DNA from: Pseudomonadota bacterium
GTDB taxonomy: Bacteria; Desulfobacterota; Binatia; Binatales; Binataceae
Reading direction: 5' to 3'
DNA length: 64,000 bases
Assembly (NCBI GenBank): GCA_021324885.1
Contig: JAJPIF010000019.1
Location: 21,630-85,629 of the forward strand
The position numbers and the translations under genes were made by a program. The notes beneath the pieces are model-generated. The model was not told where the DNA came from, made no database searches, and saw only the letters and a list, made by a program, of their open reading frames with translations. Within the stretch, counting starts at the first letter, position 1. Every line of letters begins with the position of its first letter. This document shows positions 53,801-61,707 of the stretch, piece after piece.

Positions 53801-55141
53801 ATGAATGAGAACGTTGTCAGCGTTATTGGCGCGGGGCTGGCGGGCAGCGAGGCGGCCTTTCAGCTGGCCCGTCGGGGCGTGCGCGCGCGGCTGTTCGAGA
53901 TGCGCCCGCGGCGGATGACTGAGGCCCATCGCACGCCGCTGTTTGCCGAACTGGTCTGCTCCAATTCCCTGCGCGGCGCGTCGCTGGACACCGCGGTGGG
54001 CGTGCTCAAGGAGGAGATGCGCCGGCTGGGTTCGCTGGTGATGGCCGCGGCGGCGGCTTCAGCCGTACCCGCCGGATCCGCGCTGGCCGTCGATCGCGAC
54101 CTATTCTCCGCCATTATCACGGCCGCGATCGAAGGCGAGCCGCTGATTGAAGTGGTGCGCGAGGAAGTCACCTCGATTCCCCAGGGGCCGGCAATTATCG
54201 CCACCGGACCGCTTACCGGCGCCGCGCTGTCCGAAGCATTGAGCCAACTGATCGGCTCCCGCCACCTGTACTTTTACGACGCGATCGCGCCGATCGTCAC
54301 CGCCGATTCGATCGACATGAGCGTCGCCTTCAGGGCCTCGCGCTACGGCAAGGGCGGCGACGATTACATCAACTGCCCGATGACCGAGGATGAATATGAC
54401 AGGTTTGTCGCGGCCGTGCTCGAGGCCGAGAAGGTCGCGGCCCATCCTTTTGAGCGCGCGATCTACTTCGAGGGCTGCATGCCGATTGAAGAGATGGCGC
54501 GGCGCGGCCCCAAAACCCTGTCTTTCGGCCCGATGCGCCCGGTCGGGCTGGTCGATCCGCGCACCAATCGGCGGCCCGCCGCGGTTGTGCAACTGCGGCA
54601 GGACGATCGCGAGGGTTGCCTTTATAATATGGTCGGCTTTCAAACCAAGATGACCTACCCGGAACAGCGCCGCGTCTTCCGGATGATCCCTGGCCTGCGC
54701 GATGCGCAATTCGTGCGCCTCGGATCGCTGCATCGCAACACCTTCATCGATTCGCCGCGTCTGCTGACGCCCGCGCTGAATTTGCGCGCGCGCCCCGATC
54801 TGTTCATGGCGGGCCAGATGATCGGCGTCGAAGGTTACGTCGAGTCGGCGGCAGCCGGACTCCTGGCGGCAATCAATGCCGTCAGGATGGTGTCCGGCCG
54901 GGAGCCGGTCAGCCCGCCGCGCGAAACCGCGCTGGGCTCGCTGATCGCCTATATAACTGACGCGGGCCGCGCCGAGTTTCAGCCGATGAACGCCAACTTC
55001 GGCCTGATGCCGGAGCTGGGCAATCGCACTCGTGGACACGCCAGGAAGATGGCGCTGGCCGCGCGGGCACTCGGCGCAATCGACACCTGGATTCGCGATC
55101 ATCAGCTCGCAATCCAACCGCCGGTCACCGCCGCGGCTTGA
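53801..55141 (+). CDS. trmFO: Methylenetetrahydrofolate-tRNA-(uracil54-C5)-methyltransferase
   Basis: VSVIGAGLAGSEAAFQLARRGV...LFAELVCSNSLRG...GQMIGVEGYVESAAAG is TrmFO/Gid-like throughout. Confidence 0.9.
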   Translation: MNENVVSVIGAGLAGSEAAFQLARRGVRARLFEMRPRRMTEAHRTPLFAELVCSNSLRGASLDTAVGVLKEEMRRLGSLVMAAAAASAVPAGSALAVDRDLFSAIITAAIEGEPLIEVVREEVTSIPQGPAIIATGPLTGAALSEALSQLIGSRHLYFYDAIAPIVTADSIDMSVAFRASRYGKGGDDYINCPMTEDEYDRFVAAVLEAEKVAAHPFERAIYFEGCMPIEEMARRGPKTLSFGPMRPVGLVDPRTNRRPAAVVQLRQDDREGCLYNMVGFQTKMTYPEQRRVFRMIPGLRDAQFVRLGSLHRNTFIDSPRLLTPALNLRARPDLFMAGQMIGVEGYVESAAAGLLAAINAVRMVSGREPVSPPRETALGSLIAYITDAGRAEFQPMNANFGLMPELGNRTRGHARKMALAARALGAIDTWIRDHQLAIQPPVTAAA

Positions 55142-55157
55142 GCCGGCGCAAGATTCT

Positions 55158-56102
55158 ATGGCTGGGAATGAACGCGCCACTAAAACCGTGGCGGCGCTGG
55201 ATGTTGGATCGAATACGGTGCTGATGCTGGTCGCGGACGTAAGCGGCGCGGCGGTCCGTCCGCTATCCGAAATGCTGAGGATTACGCGGCTGGGGCGCGG
55301 CGTCGATCGCGCCGGGATGCTGGATCCGACTGCGGCCGCATTAACCCTCGATACCATCTGCGAGTTCGTGGACAAGGCCCGCGCTCTGGGCGCGCAAAAA
55401 ATCCTCGCTGCGGGCACGGCCGCGTTGCGCGACGCGCGCAACGGGCCGGAATTTATCGAGCAGGTGCGCCGCCGCAGCGGCGTCGCATTGGAAATCATCT
55501 CCGGCCAGACCGAAGCACAACTGAATTTTCTGGCCGCCGTTCACGGGCTTGGAATCGATCCTGCCGAGCCGATGCTGATCGTGGACATCGGCGGCGGCTC
55601 GACCGAATTGATCCGCTGTGAGGGCGGCGGGCCGCCCGCGATGGTCAGTCTGCAGGTCGGATCAGTGCGTCTGACCGAGCGTTTCATCCGCCACGATCCG
55701 CCCACATCCGAAGAGCAGGCGCGGATCTACGCTGCGGTCAAACAGCAACTCGAGCGACTCGGCTGGAAGGATTTTCGTCCGCGCCGCCTCATTGGCGTGG
55801 CCGGCACGGTCACGACCGTGGCAGCGGTCGCCAGCGGCTGGCATAGCCCGGACCATTCGGCGATTCACGGATACCAGTTGACCAAAAAACAGGTGGCGGA
55901 TACGGCGCGCCTTTTCTTCGGCTTGACGGTGGAGCAGCGCAAACAGCTCCCAGGCATGATCGCGGGCCGTGCCGACGTCATCTGCGCGGGTGGCGCGATT
56001 CTCGATTGCATCGTGGAGTCTTTCAGCGCCGCCACCGTCACCGTGAGCGACCAGGGCGTCCGCTGGGGATTGGTGTACCGCGAACTGCAGGGTGGGACTT
56101 GA
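55158..56102 (+). CDS. Ppx/GppA-family phosphatase
   Basis: VAALDVGSNTVLMLVA, and IVDIGGGSTELI in the second ASKHA phosphate loop. Confidence 0.85.
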   Translation: MAGNERATKTVAALDVGSNTVLMLVADVSGAAVRPLSEMLRITRLGRGVDRAGMLDPTAAALTLDTICEFVDKARALGAQKILAAGTAALRDARNGPEFIEQVRRRSGVALEIISGQTEAQLNFLAAVHGLGIDPAEPMLIVDIGGGSTELIRCEGGGPPAMVSLQVGSVRLTERFIRHDPPTSEEQARIYAAVKQQLERLGWKDFRPRRLIGVAGTVTTVAAVASGWHSPDHSAIHGYQLTKKQVADTARLFFGLTVEQRKQLPGMIAGRADVICAGGAILDCIVESFSAATVTVSDQGVRWGLVYRELQGGT

Positions 56103-56212
56103 GGCGGTGGCGCTCCTGGTCCTGATGCTGGCTTGACCTGCCGGGCCGATCAGACTAGCTACGGTTTTAAAGTAAGAGCATTTCGCGCATCCGCTCGGCG
56201 CTCAGGGGAATC

Positions 56213-56800
56213 GTGATGGCAGACCTCGATGAACAGGCACAGGCGCAAGGGTTTTTGAGTTACAAGGGGCGTTTGCTCAATCATCTGGAGATGGTTTACC
56301 GGCCCGGCGAGCGCCATCTGGTGGCCAAGCTCTTCACCGCCCTGGGCTGCACGGTCAACGATACCGGCCACACCCATATGGGGATCGCGGTGGGCGCCAC
56401 CGACAAGTACGGGCTCAACAACTCCCTGTACGCTTCTGAAGTGACGCCGGAGCAATGGGAGCTGGAATTGCAACTGCAAAAAGCGTTGGAAAACGGCTCG
56501 GCACTGGCTTCAGCCTATGCCGGTTACGAGGAGAAATTCCGCCGCCATCCGCAACTGACCTCCCATTTCGGCATCCGCTATCCCTCCTTCGACGCGCTGG
56601 AGCAGGTTCTCGACCATCTGCAAAATGCGCTTGATCCGGAACTTAAGGGACGGGTTCAGGTCAAAGGGATATTCCGTCCCGGCGATCCCGGCTCTTACAC
56701 CGATTTCATCATGCAGGCCTTCATCAAGACCGATATCGCGGCCAGCGGACTAATCACTTTCGGCCAGCACATCGAGCTGCAGGCGCAGCGTACGGTTTGA
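56213..56800 (+). CDS. Hypothetical protein, possibly VOC-fold
   Basis: 195 aa. LNHLEMVY..., SHFGIRYPSFDALEQVLDHL and GQHIELQ resemble paired VOC modules. This is a weak call. Confidence 0.5.
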   Translation: MMADLDEQAQAQGFLSYKGRLLNHLEMVYRPGERHLVAKLFTALGCTVNDTGHTHMGIAVGATDKYGLNNSLYASEVTPEQWELELQLQKALENGSALASAYAGYEEKFRRHPQLTSHFGIRYPSFDALEQVLDHLQNALDPELKGRVQVKGIFRPGDPGSYTDFIMQAFIKTDIAASGLITFGQHIELQAQRTV

Positions 56801-56811
56801 AGGTGACAGCT

Positions 56812-57813
56812 ATGGCGCACGACTTTACCCTTTGCGTAGGTACCGTCGGCGAGGGCGTCTGGTACAGCTCCGACGGCGGCGAACATTGGCGGCGCAGCCG
56901 GATGAATCTGCCCTTTTACGCCGAACCGGGCGAGATCCAGATTCGCGCGCTGGCCGTATCGCCGCACAACCCCCATCATATTCTGGCCGGCTCCGAAGTG
57001 GGCCTGTATCGCAGCGAAGACAACGGCATGTCGTGGGAGCTGGTGCCTTCGCCGATGGAGGGCAGGCAGATCTGGTCGGTGGCGTGGCATCCCGCCAATC
57101 CGGAGATAATTTTCGCCGGCACCAAACCTCCCGGCATCTACCGTTCCAGGGACGGCGGCCGGAGTTGGGAAAAGCTGCGGGTCGATATCGTCGAAAAATG
57201 CTTCGCCGGCCCACCCAAGGTCACCAACGTTGTGCCCGACCCGCGCAATCCGGACGACGTCTGGGCCAGCGTCGAAATCGACGGTATCTTCCGCAGCCGC
57301 GACGGTGGCGACAGTTGGACCCGGCTGCCGAACCTCGGCGAAAACGTCATCAACCAGGACCTGCACGGTCTCGCGATCAGCCAGAGCCGTCCGGCAAAAT
57401 TGCTGGCGACCACGCCCGACGGCATCTGGATGAGCATCGACGAAGGCCAGAGCTGGTCGTTGCACGGCTTTCCCAGGTTCGCCGAGCGCGACAACATCTC
57501 CTACTGCCGCGGCGTCGCGGTGAAGCCTGGCGACCCTGATACCATCTTCGTCGCCAACGGCGACTTCATTCCTGGCAAGCGCGGCGCGATCCATCGAACT
57601 CAGGACGGCGGTCGAAGCTGGTCGAAACTGCCGCTGCCGGTCGAACCCAATTCGACCATCTACTGGTTCGCGACCAATCCCGCCAATCCGGACATAATCG
57701 CCGCCAACAGCCTGCATGGCTATCTCTATCTCAGCACCGACGGGGGCGATTCATGGGAAAAGCTGCGCCGCGAATTCGGCGAAGTCCGCGCGCTCGCCTG
57801 GATGGCGAATTAA
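56812..57813 (+). CDS. BNR/Asp-box repeat (beta-propeller) protein
   Basis: Repeated SxDxGxxW boxes: SSDGGEHW, SEDNGMSW, SRDGGRSW, SRDGGDSW, SIDEGQSW, TQDGGRSW, STDGGDSW. Confidence 0.75.
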   Translation: MAHDFTLCVGTVGEGVWYSSDGGEHWRRSRMNLPFYAEPGEIQIRALAVSPHNPHHILAGSEVGLYRSEDNGMSWELVPSPMEGRQIWSVAWHPANPEIIFAGTKPPGIYRSRDGGRSWEKLRVDIVEKCFAGPPKVTNVVPDPRNPDDVWASVEIDGIFRSRDGGDSWTRLPNLGENVINQDLHGLAISQSRPAKLLATTPDGIWMSIDEGQSWSLHGFPRFAERDNISYCRGVAVKPGDPDTIFVANGDFIPGKRGAIHRTQDGGRSWSKLPLPVEPNSTIYWFATNPANPDIIAANSLHGYLYLSTDGGDSWEKLRREFGEVRALAWMAN

Positions 57814-57992
57814 GAAAAGCGGAGTGAGGGGAGAGAAGTGAGCAATGAGAGCGGAAATGAGAATTGAGAAAACAGCGAGGAGATGAAGCTGAACTGTAAC
57901 TGTAGGCAGCGGAATCTGGTTTTGCCCGCCTTCCTCTTTCTATTTTCTTATTTCTCTTTTCTCACTGCTCACACCTCTTTCTCACTTCTTCT
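57812..57992. repeat. Long imperfect inverted repeat (purine-rich arm / pyrimidine-rich arm) in the leader of the downstream LLM gene
   Basis: The left arm 57812-57885 (GA-rich, repeated TGAG units) resembles the reverse complement of 57928-57992 (CT-rich). The arms are ~40 nt apart, and the right arm abuts the RBS GACAGGAG. Confidence 0.45.
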
Positions 57993-58008
57993 CTGACAGG
58001 AGATTTGC

Positions 58009-58848
58009 ATGAAATACGGCGTTGTTTATTTTCCGACTGACTATTCGATCCGCACCGACGAGATGGCGCGGGCGGTCGAGGAGCGCGGCTTCGAGTCGCT
58101 GTGGCTGCCCGAGCATACCCATATTCCCTGCTCGCGCCGCTCGCCTTATCCATTGGGAGGTGAGTTGCCGCGCGAATACATGGACGGTTACGAATTGCTG
58201 ACCGGGATGGCGTTTGCCGCCGCGGCGACGAAAAAAATCATTATCGGATCCAGCATCTGCCTGGTGGTGGAGCGTGACCCAATCATTCTGGCCAAGGAGA
58301 TTGCCACGCTGGACAAGCTTTCGGGCGGGCGCGTGCAACTGGGGATCGGCTCGGGATGGAACGCTGAGGAGATGGCCAATCACGGCGTCGAGTTCAAGCA
58401 CAGCCGCAAGGTGATGCGGGAGAAGGTCGCCGCGATGAAGGCGATCTGGACGCAGGAAAAATCCGAGTATCACGGTGATTTCGTCAACTTCGACGCGATC
58501 TGGTGTAATCCCAAGCCGGTCCAGAAGCCTTATCCGCCGATCCTGATGGGCGGCAACGGAACCTTGGCGATCAAATATGCGGCCCGTCAGTGCGACGGAT
58601 GGCTGCCCAGCGCCGTTCTGGTCGATCAACTGAGCGCGTCGGTCGCGATGCTGCGGCGCGAGCTGGAACAGGCGGGCCGCAACCCTAAAACTTTTCCGAT
58701 CACGGCGCTGTTTGCCCCCAACGATCGCAGGCAGCTCGACGCCTACGAGGAAATGGGAATCGAGCGCGCGGTCTTCGCGATGCCTTCCGCGGATCGCGAC
58801 AAAACATTATCGCTGTTGGACCGCCGCGCCAAAACCGCGGGCTTTTAA
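58009..58848 (+). CDS. LLM-class F420-dependent oxidoreductase
   Basis: MKYGVVYFPTDYSI...GFESLWLPEHTHIP...GIGSGWNAEEM...PPILMGG. Confidence 0.85.
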   Translation: MKYGVVYFPTDYSIRTDEMARAVEERGFESLWLPEHTHIPCSRRSPYPLGGELPREYMDGYELLTGMAFAAAATKKIIIGSSICLVVERDPIILAKEIATLDKLSGGRVQLGIGSGWNAEEMANHGVEFKHSRKVMREKVAAMKAIWTQEKSEYHGDFVNFDAIWCNPKPVQKPYPPILMGGNGTLAIKYAARQCDGWLPSAVLVDQLSASVAMLRRELEQAGRNPKTFPITALFAPNDRRQLDAYEEMGIERAVFAMPSADRDKTLSLLDRRAKTAGF

Positions 58849-58973
58849 GGTGTCGAGAGCTTGGCGAATTAGTCGCTGCGGCAGCTCAATATTCCGGTAC
58901 GTCTTGCGATCGGCTGGCGGTATCGACTACAGGTTGCGTGGGTCTGACCACAATCCGAGAGGAGGGCATTTTC

Positions 58974-59525
58974 ATGAGCGACGCGCTTTACGATATCCCG
59001 ATCCGTCGCATCGACGGCTCCGATGCCTCACTGGGTGATTACAAGGGCAAGGTGATGCTGATCGTGAACGTCGCCTCCAAGTGCGGCCTCACTCCGCAGT
59101 ATGCCGATCTGGAAAAGATTTACGAGGAGTACCGCGACCGCGGTCTGGTCGTGCTGGGTTTTCCTGCCAATGAGTTCGCCGGTCAGGAACCGGGCACGAA
59201 CGGCGAGATCCAGCAATTCTGCCAGAGTAAATTCGGCGTCCAGTTCCCGATGTTCGAGAAAATTGTAGTGAAGGGTGAAGGCCAGCATCCGCTCTATCGC
59301 CAACTGATCCAGGAGTATCCGCGGGCCATCGCCAAAGCCCAAAGCGCCTTGCGCAAGACTCTGGATTCCCACGGCCTGGGTCCGAAGAACGACACCGACA
59401 TCATGTGGAATTTCGAAAAATTCCTGGTCAATCGGGAGGGCAAGGTCGTGGCCCGTTTCGCTCCCGATTTCAATCCGCAGGATCCAGAGGTCAAGGGCGC
59501 GATCGAAGCCGAACTGGCCAGATAA
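58974..59525 (+). CDS. Glutathione peroxidase (Cys-type)
   Basis: VMLIVNVASKCGLTPQY, LGFPANEFAGQEPG and WNFEKFLV are canonical GPx blocks. Confidence 0.9.
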   Translation: MSDALYDIPIRRIDGSDASLGDYKGKVMLIVNVASKCGLTPQYADLEKIYEEYRDRGLVVLGFPANEFAGQEPGTNGEIQQFCQSKFGVQFPMFEKIVVKGEGQHPLYRQLIQEYPRAIAKAQSALRKTLDSHGLGPKNDTDIMWNFEKFLVNREGKVVARFAPDFNPQDPEVKGAIEAELAR

Positions 59526-59568
59526 CCACGCGCAAAGACGGGCGCGGCTTGATCGAAATTGAACCACT

Positions 59569-59601
59569 GCGACAGGGCGTGGGAGCGGCCCGCCCTGTCG
59601 C
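59569..59601 (+). terminator. Strong hairpin downstream of the peroxidase gene
   Basis: GCGACAGGGCG (59569-59579) pairs perfectly with CGCCCTGTCGC (59591-59601), with an 11 nt loop. No U-tract. Confidence 0.35.
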
Positions 59602-59752
59602 TGAATTCGCGCCCGGAACCGGGCGCGAGCGGGCTGTGGAAAGTCCTGCGTATTTTACTTCGATCGCAGCGCGGTCCCCTTTACCTTGGCGCAACCGTGG
59701 AGCATCATCTCTTGACGCTTAAACTCAGTCCCGCAGTGGAGAGCGCATCCTT

Positions 59753-60097
59753 ATGGCGAATGAACCCGGCGGCAGCGAGTCGCGCATCGGTCGCGGAACC
59801 AGAGTAGTCGGCAAGCTGACCTTTGGTGCGACGGCCCGGATCGAGGGCGAAGTGGAAGGCGAGATAACCGGCGAAGATTTGGTTTTGTCGGAAACTGCCG
59901 TGGTCAATGCCAGGATCAGCGCGCAAAGTATAACGATCGCCGGCACCGTGAACGGCGACATCACCGCGCGCCAGCGGATTGAACTGCTGGCCACCGCGCG
60001 CGCCCGCGGCACCATTAAAACCCCCAACCTCGTGCTGCACGAGGGCGCGATGTTCGACGGCGATTGCAAGATGCCGCGCGATCGGATGGCGGCCTGA
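59753..60097 (+). CDS. Bactofilin-family cytoskeletal protein
   Basis: 114 aa with a beta-helical repeat pattern: IGRGTRVVGKLTFGATARIEGEVEGEITGEDLVLSETAVVNARISAQSITIAGTVNGDI. Confidence 0.8.
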   Translation: MANEPGGSESRIGRGTRVVGKLTFGATARIEGEVEGEITGEDLVLSETAVVNARISAQSITIAGTVNGDITARQRIELLATARARGTIKTPNLVLHEGAMFDGDCKMPRDRMAA

Positions 60098-60142
60098 GCC
60101 CGCCGCCGGCGCGCTGCGTGGTGCCGGCCTGTTGCGCCGCGA

Positions 60143-60724
60143 TCATACCAGCACCGTGCTGGTGCCGGTTCTGGTGGTATGGCTCAGGATGCGGCCGGTG
60201 GCGTCCAGCACGATGGTTTCGCGCTCGCCGATTTCCGGCTCGAACAGCCATTTCAAGGGTTCCGACTCGACCTGGTAGAGCGATTGCTTGATTGATTTGG
60301 CCACCAGCGTGGCGGGATCGATTACCGCCACGCGCGCGGTCCATCGGGTCTGGCCGCGGCTGCGTACATGCGCGATCAGCAGGGCCTTGAAAATTATCAA
60401 GCCGCCGTCGATCTCGCGAAAACGCCCGAGTTTGACCTCCAGCGTATTGCGCCCGCCCATCGCCGTGACGACTCCGTGCAGAGTCTGCGCTCCGGCCTCA
60501 TAGGTCGCGCTGCGGGAAAACGGGCCTCTGACGTAGCGCAGGCGGATGCTCTGAACCAGTCCCTGTTGATCCAGCGCGGCATCGACCTCGTAGCGATTTT
60601 GCCCAATCTCGCTGGAGTACCGCAGCCCCTTGACCGCGCCCGCGCCGACCTGGATTTTTTCCACCGCGAGCACAGTTGCGCGATCGCGGATCTCGTAGAC
60701 GTATTCGCCCTCGGGAACTATCAC
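60143..60724 (-). CDS. Hypothetical protein
   Basis: GTG 60724 overlaps the DUF72 stop (GTGA). 193 aa with no motif recognised. Confidence 0.55.
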   Translation of the reverse strand: MIVPEGEYVYEIRDRATVLAVEKIQVGAGAVKGLRYSSEIGQNRYEVDAALDQQGLVQSIRLRYVRGPFSRSATYEAGAQTLHGVVTAMGGRNTLEVKLGRFREIDGGLIIFKALLIAHVRSRGQTRWTARVAVIDPATLVAKSIKQSLYQVESEPLKWLFEPEIGERETIVLDATGRILSHTTRTGTSTVLV

Positions 60725-61437
60725 TGCGGCGCGGTTCCCAAACGTTGATCGACCATCGCGCGCAGCTTCAAAGCCAGTCCGGGGGCGGCCGCTGCGTGCT
60801 TTAGATAGACGTAAACGTCGCGTCCCTGCGCCTGCATGCCGGCGATTTGGTCTGCCCATTGTTCCAGATCGGGCTCTTCATAGACCTCCCGGCGCAAACG
60901 CAGATAAATGTAGGGTGCGGTCATGACGGCCGGGGTCGAGAGCTTGTCGCTTTGGGCGATACACAGGGCGCAGACGGCCTCGCCCAGCGCGCTGAAGACG
61001 GCGTCGTCAAACCATGAGGGATCGCGGAACTCGAAGGCCGCGGTCAGGCGGCGGTCAAGGCGGGCGAGGAACTCGCGCAGCAGCGGCACGTCCTTTTTGA
61101 ATCCCGGCGGCAATTGAAAGAGCGTTGGAGCGAGCCGCCCGTTGAGATTGCGCGCAACCGAGACAAAATAATCCAGGTCGTGTTCCGCGTTGCGCAGGCG
61201 CGCTTGATGGGTGATGCGCTGCGAGGCTTTGAGCGCAAAGCGGAAGCCGACCGGCGTCTCGCGCATCCAGCCCTCAAGCATCTGCGGCCGCGGCATTGCC
61301 CTGAAGGTGTAGTTGATCTCCACCGTGGGCATCCGGGCCGCGTAATAGGCCAGCATTTTGTTGGCCGCTATACGCGGAGGATAAAAGCTGCCGATCCACT
61401 CCTTGTAACTGAACCCCGATGTTCCGATCCTGACCAT
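60721..61437 (-). CDS. DUF72 family protein
   Basis: Start MVRIGTSGFSYKEWIGSFYP..., the hallmark DUF72 N-terminus. ...FEFRDPSWF.... Confidence 0.8.
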   Translation of the reverse strand: MVRIGTSGFSYKEWIGSFYPPRIAANKMLAYYAARMPTVEINYTFRAMPRPQMLEGWMRETPVGFRFALKASQRITHQARLRNAEHDLDYFVSVARNLNGRLAPTLFQLPPGFKKDVPLLREFLARLDRRLTAAFEFRDPSWFDDAVFSALGEAVCALCIAQSDKLSTPAVMTAPYIYLRLRREVYEEPDLEQWADQIAGMQAQGRDVYVYLKHAAAAPGLALKLRAMVDQRLGTAPQ

Positions 61438-61707
61438 TGGCAACTGAGCGTAGCGCCTCCAGGCGGGCCGCAACAAGTATGCGGTGCGGCCGCGCCGATT
61501 CGTCGCCTGCCAGGGCCGAAAGTTGCCTGCCTTCTTCGGATCGCCTTGTGTTGATTGGTGAAAAACTACCGGGCCGAAGGCATTTCGTTCGGTCATAGGT
61601 TCGGCTAAGATGACGGACGCCACGCAAAAATAGCCGCTTGCGAACGCTTTGGTTCGTTTTGTATAAAAGCGGCTCAGGTCCGAAACAGTTTGTTGCGGTC
61701 GGTCCAA

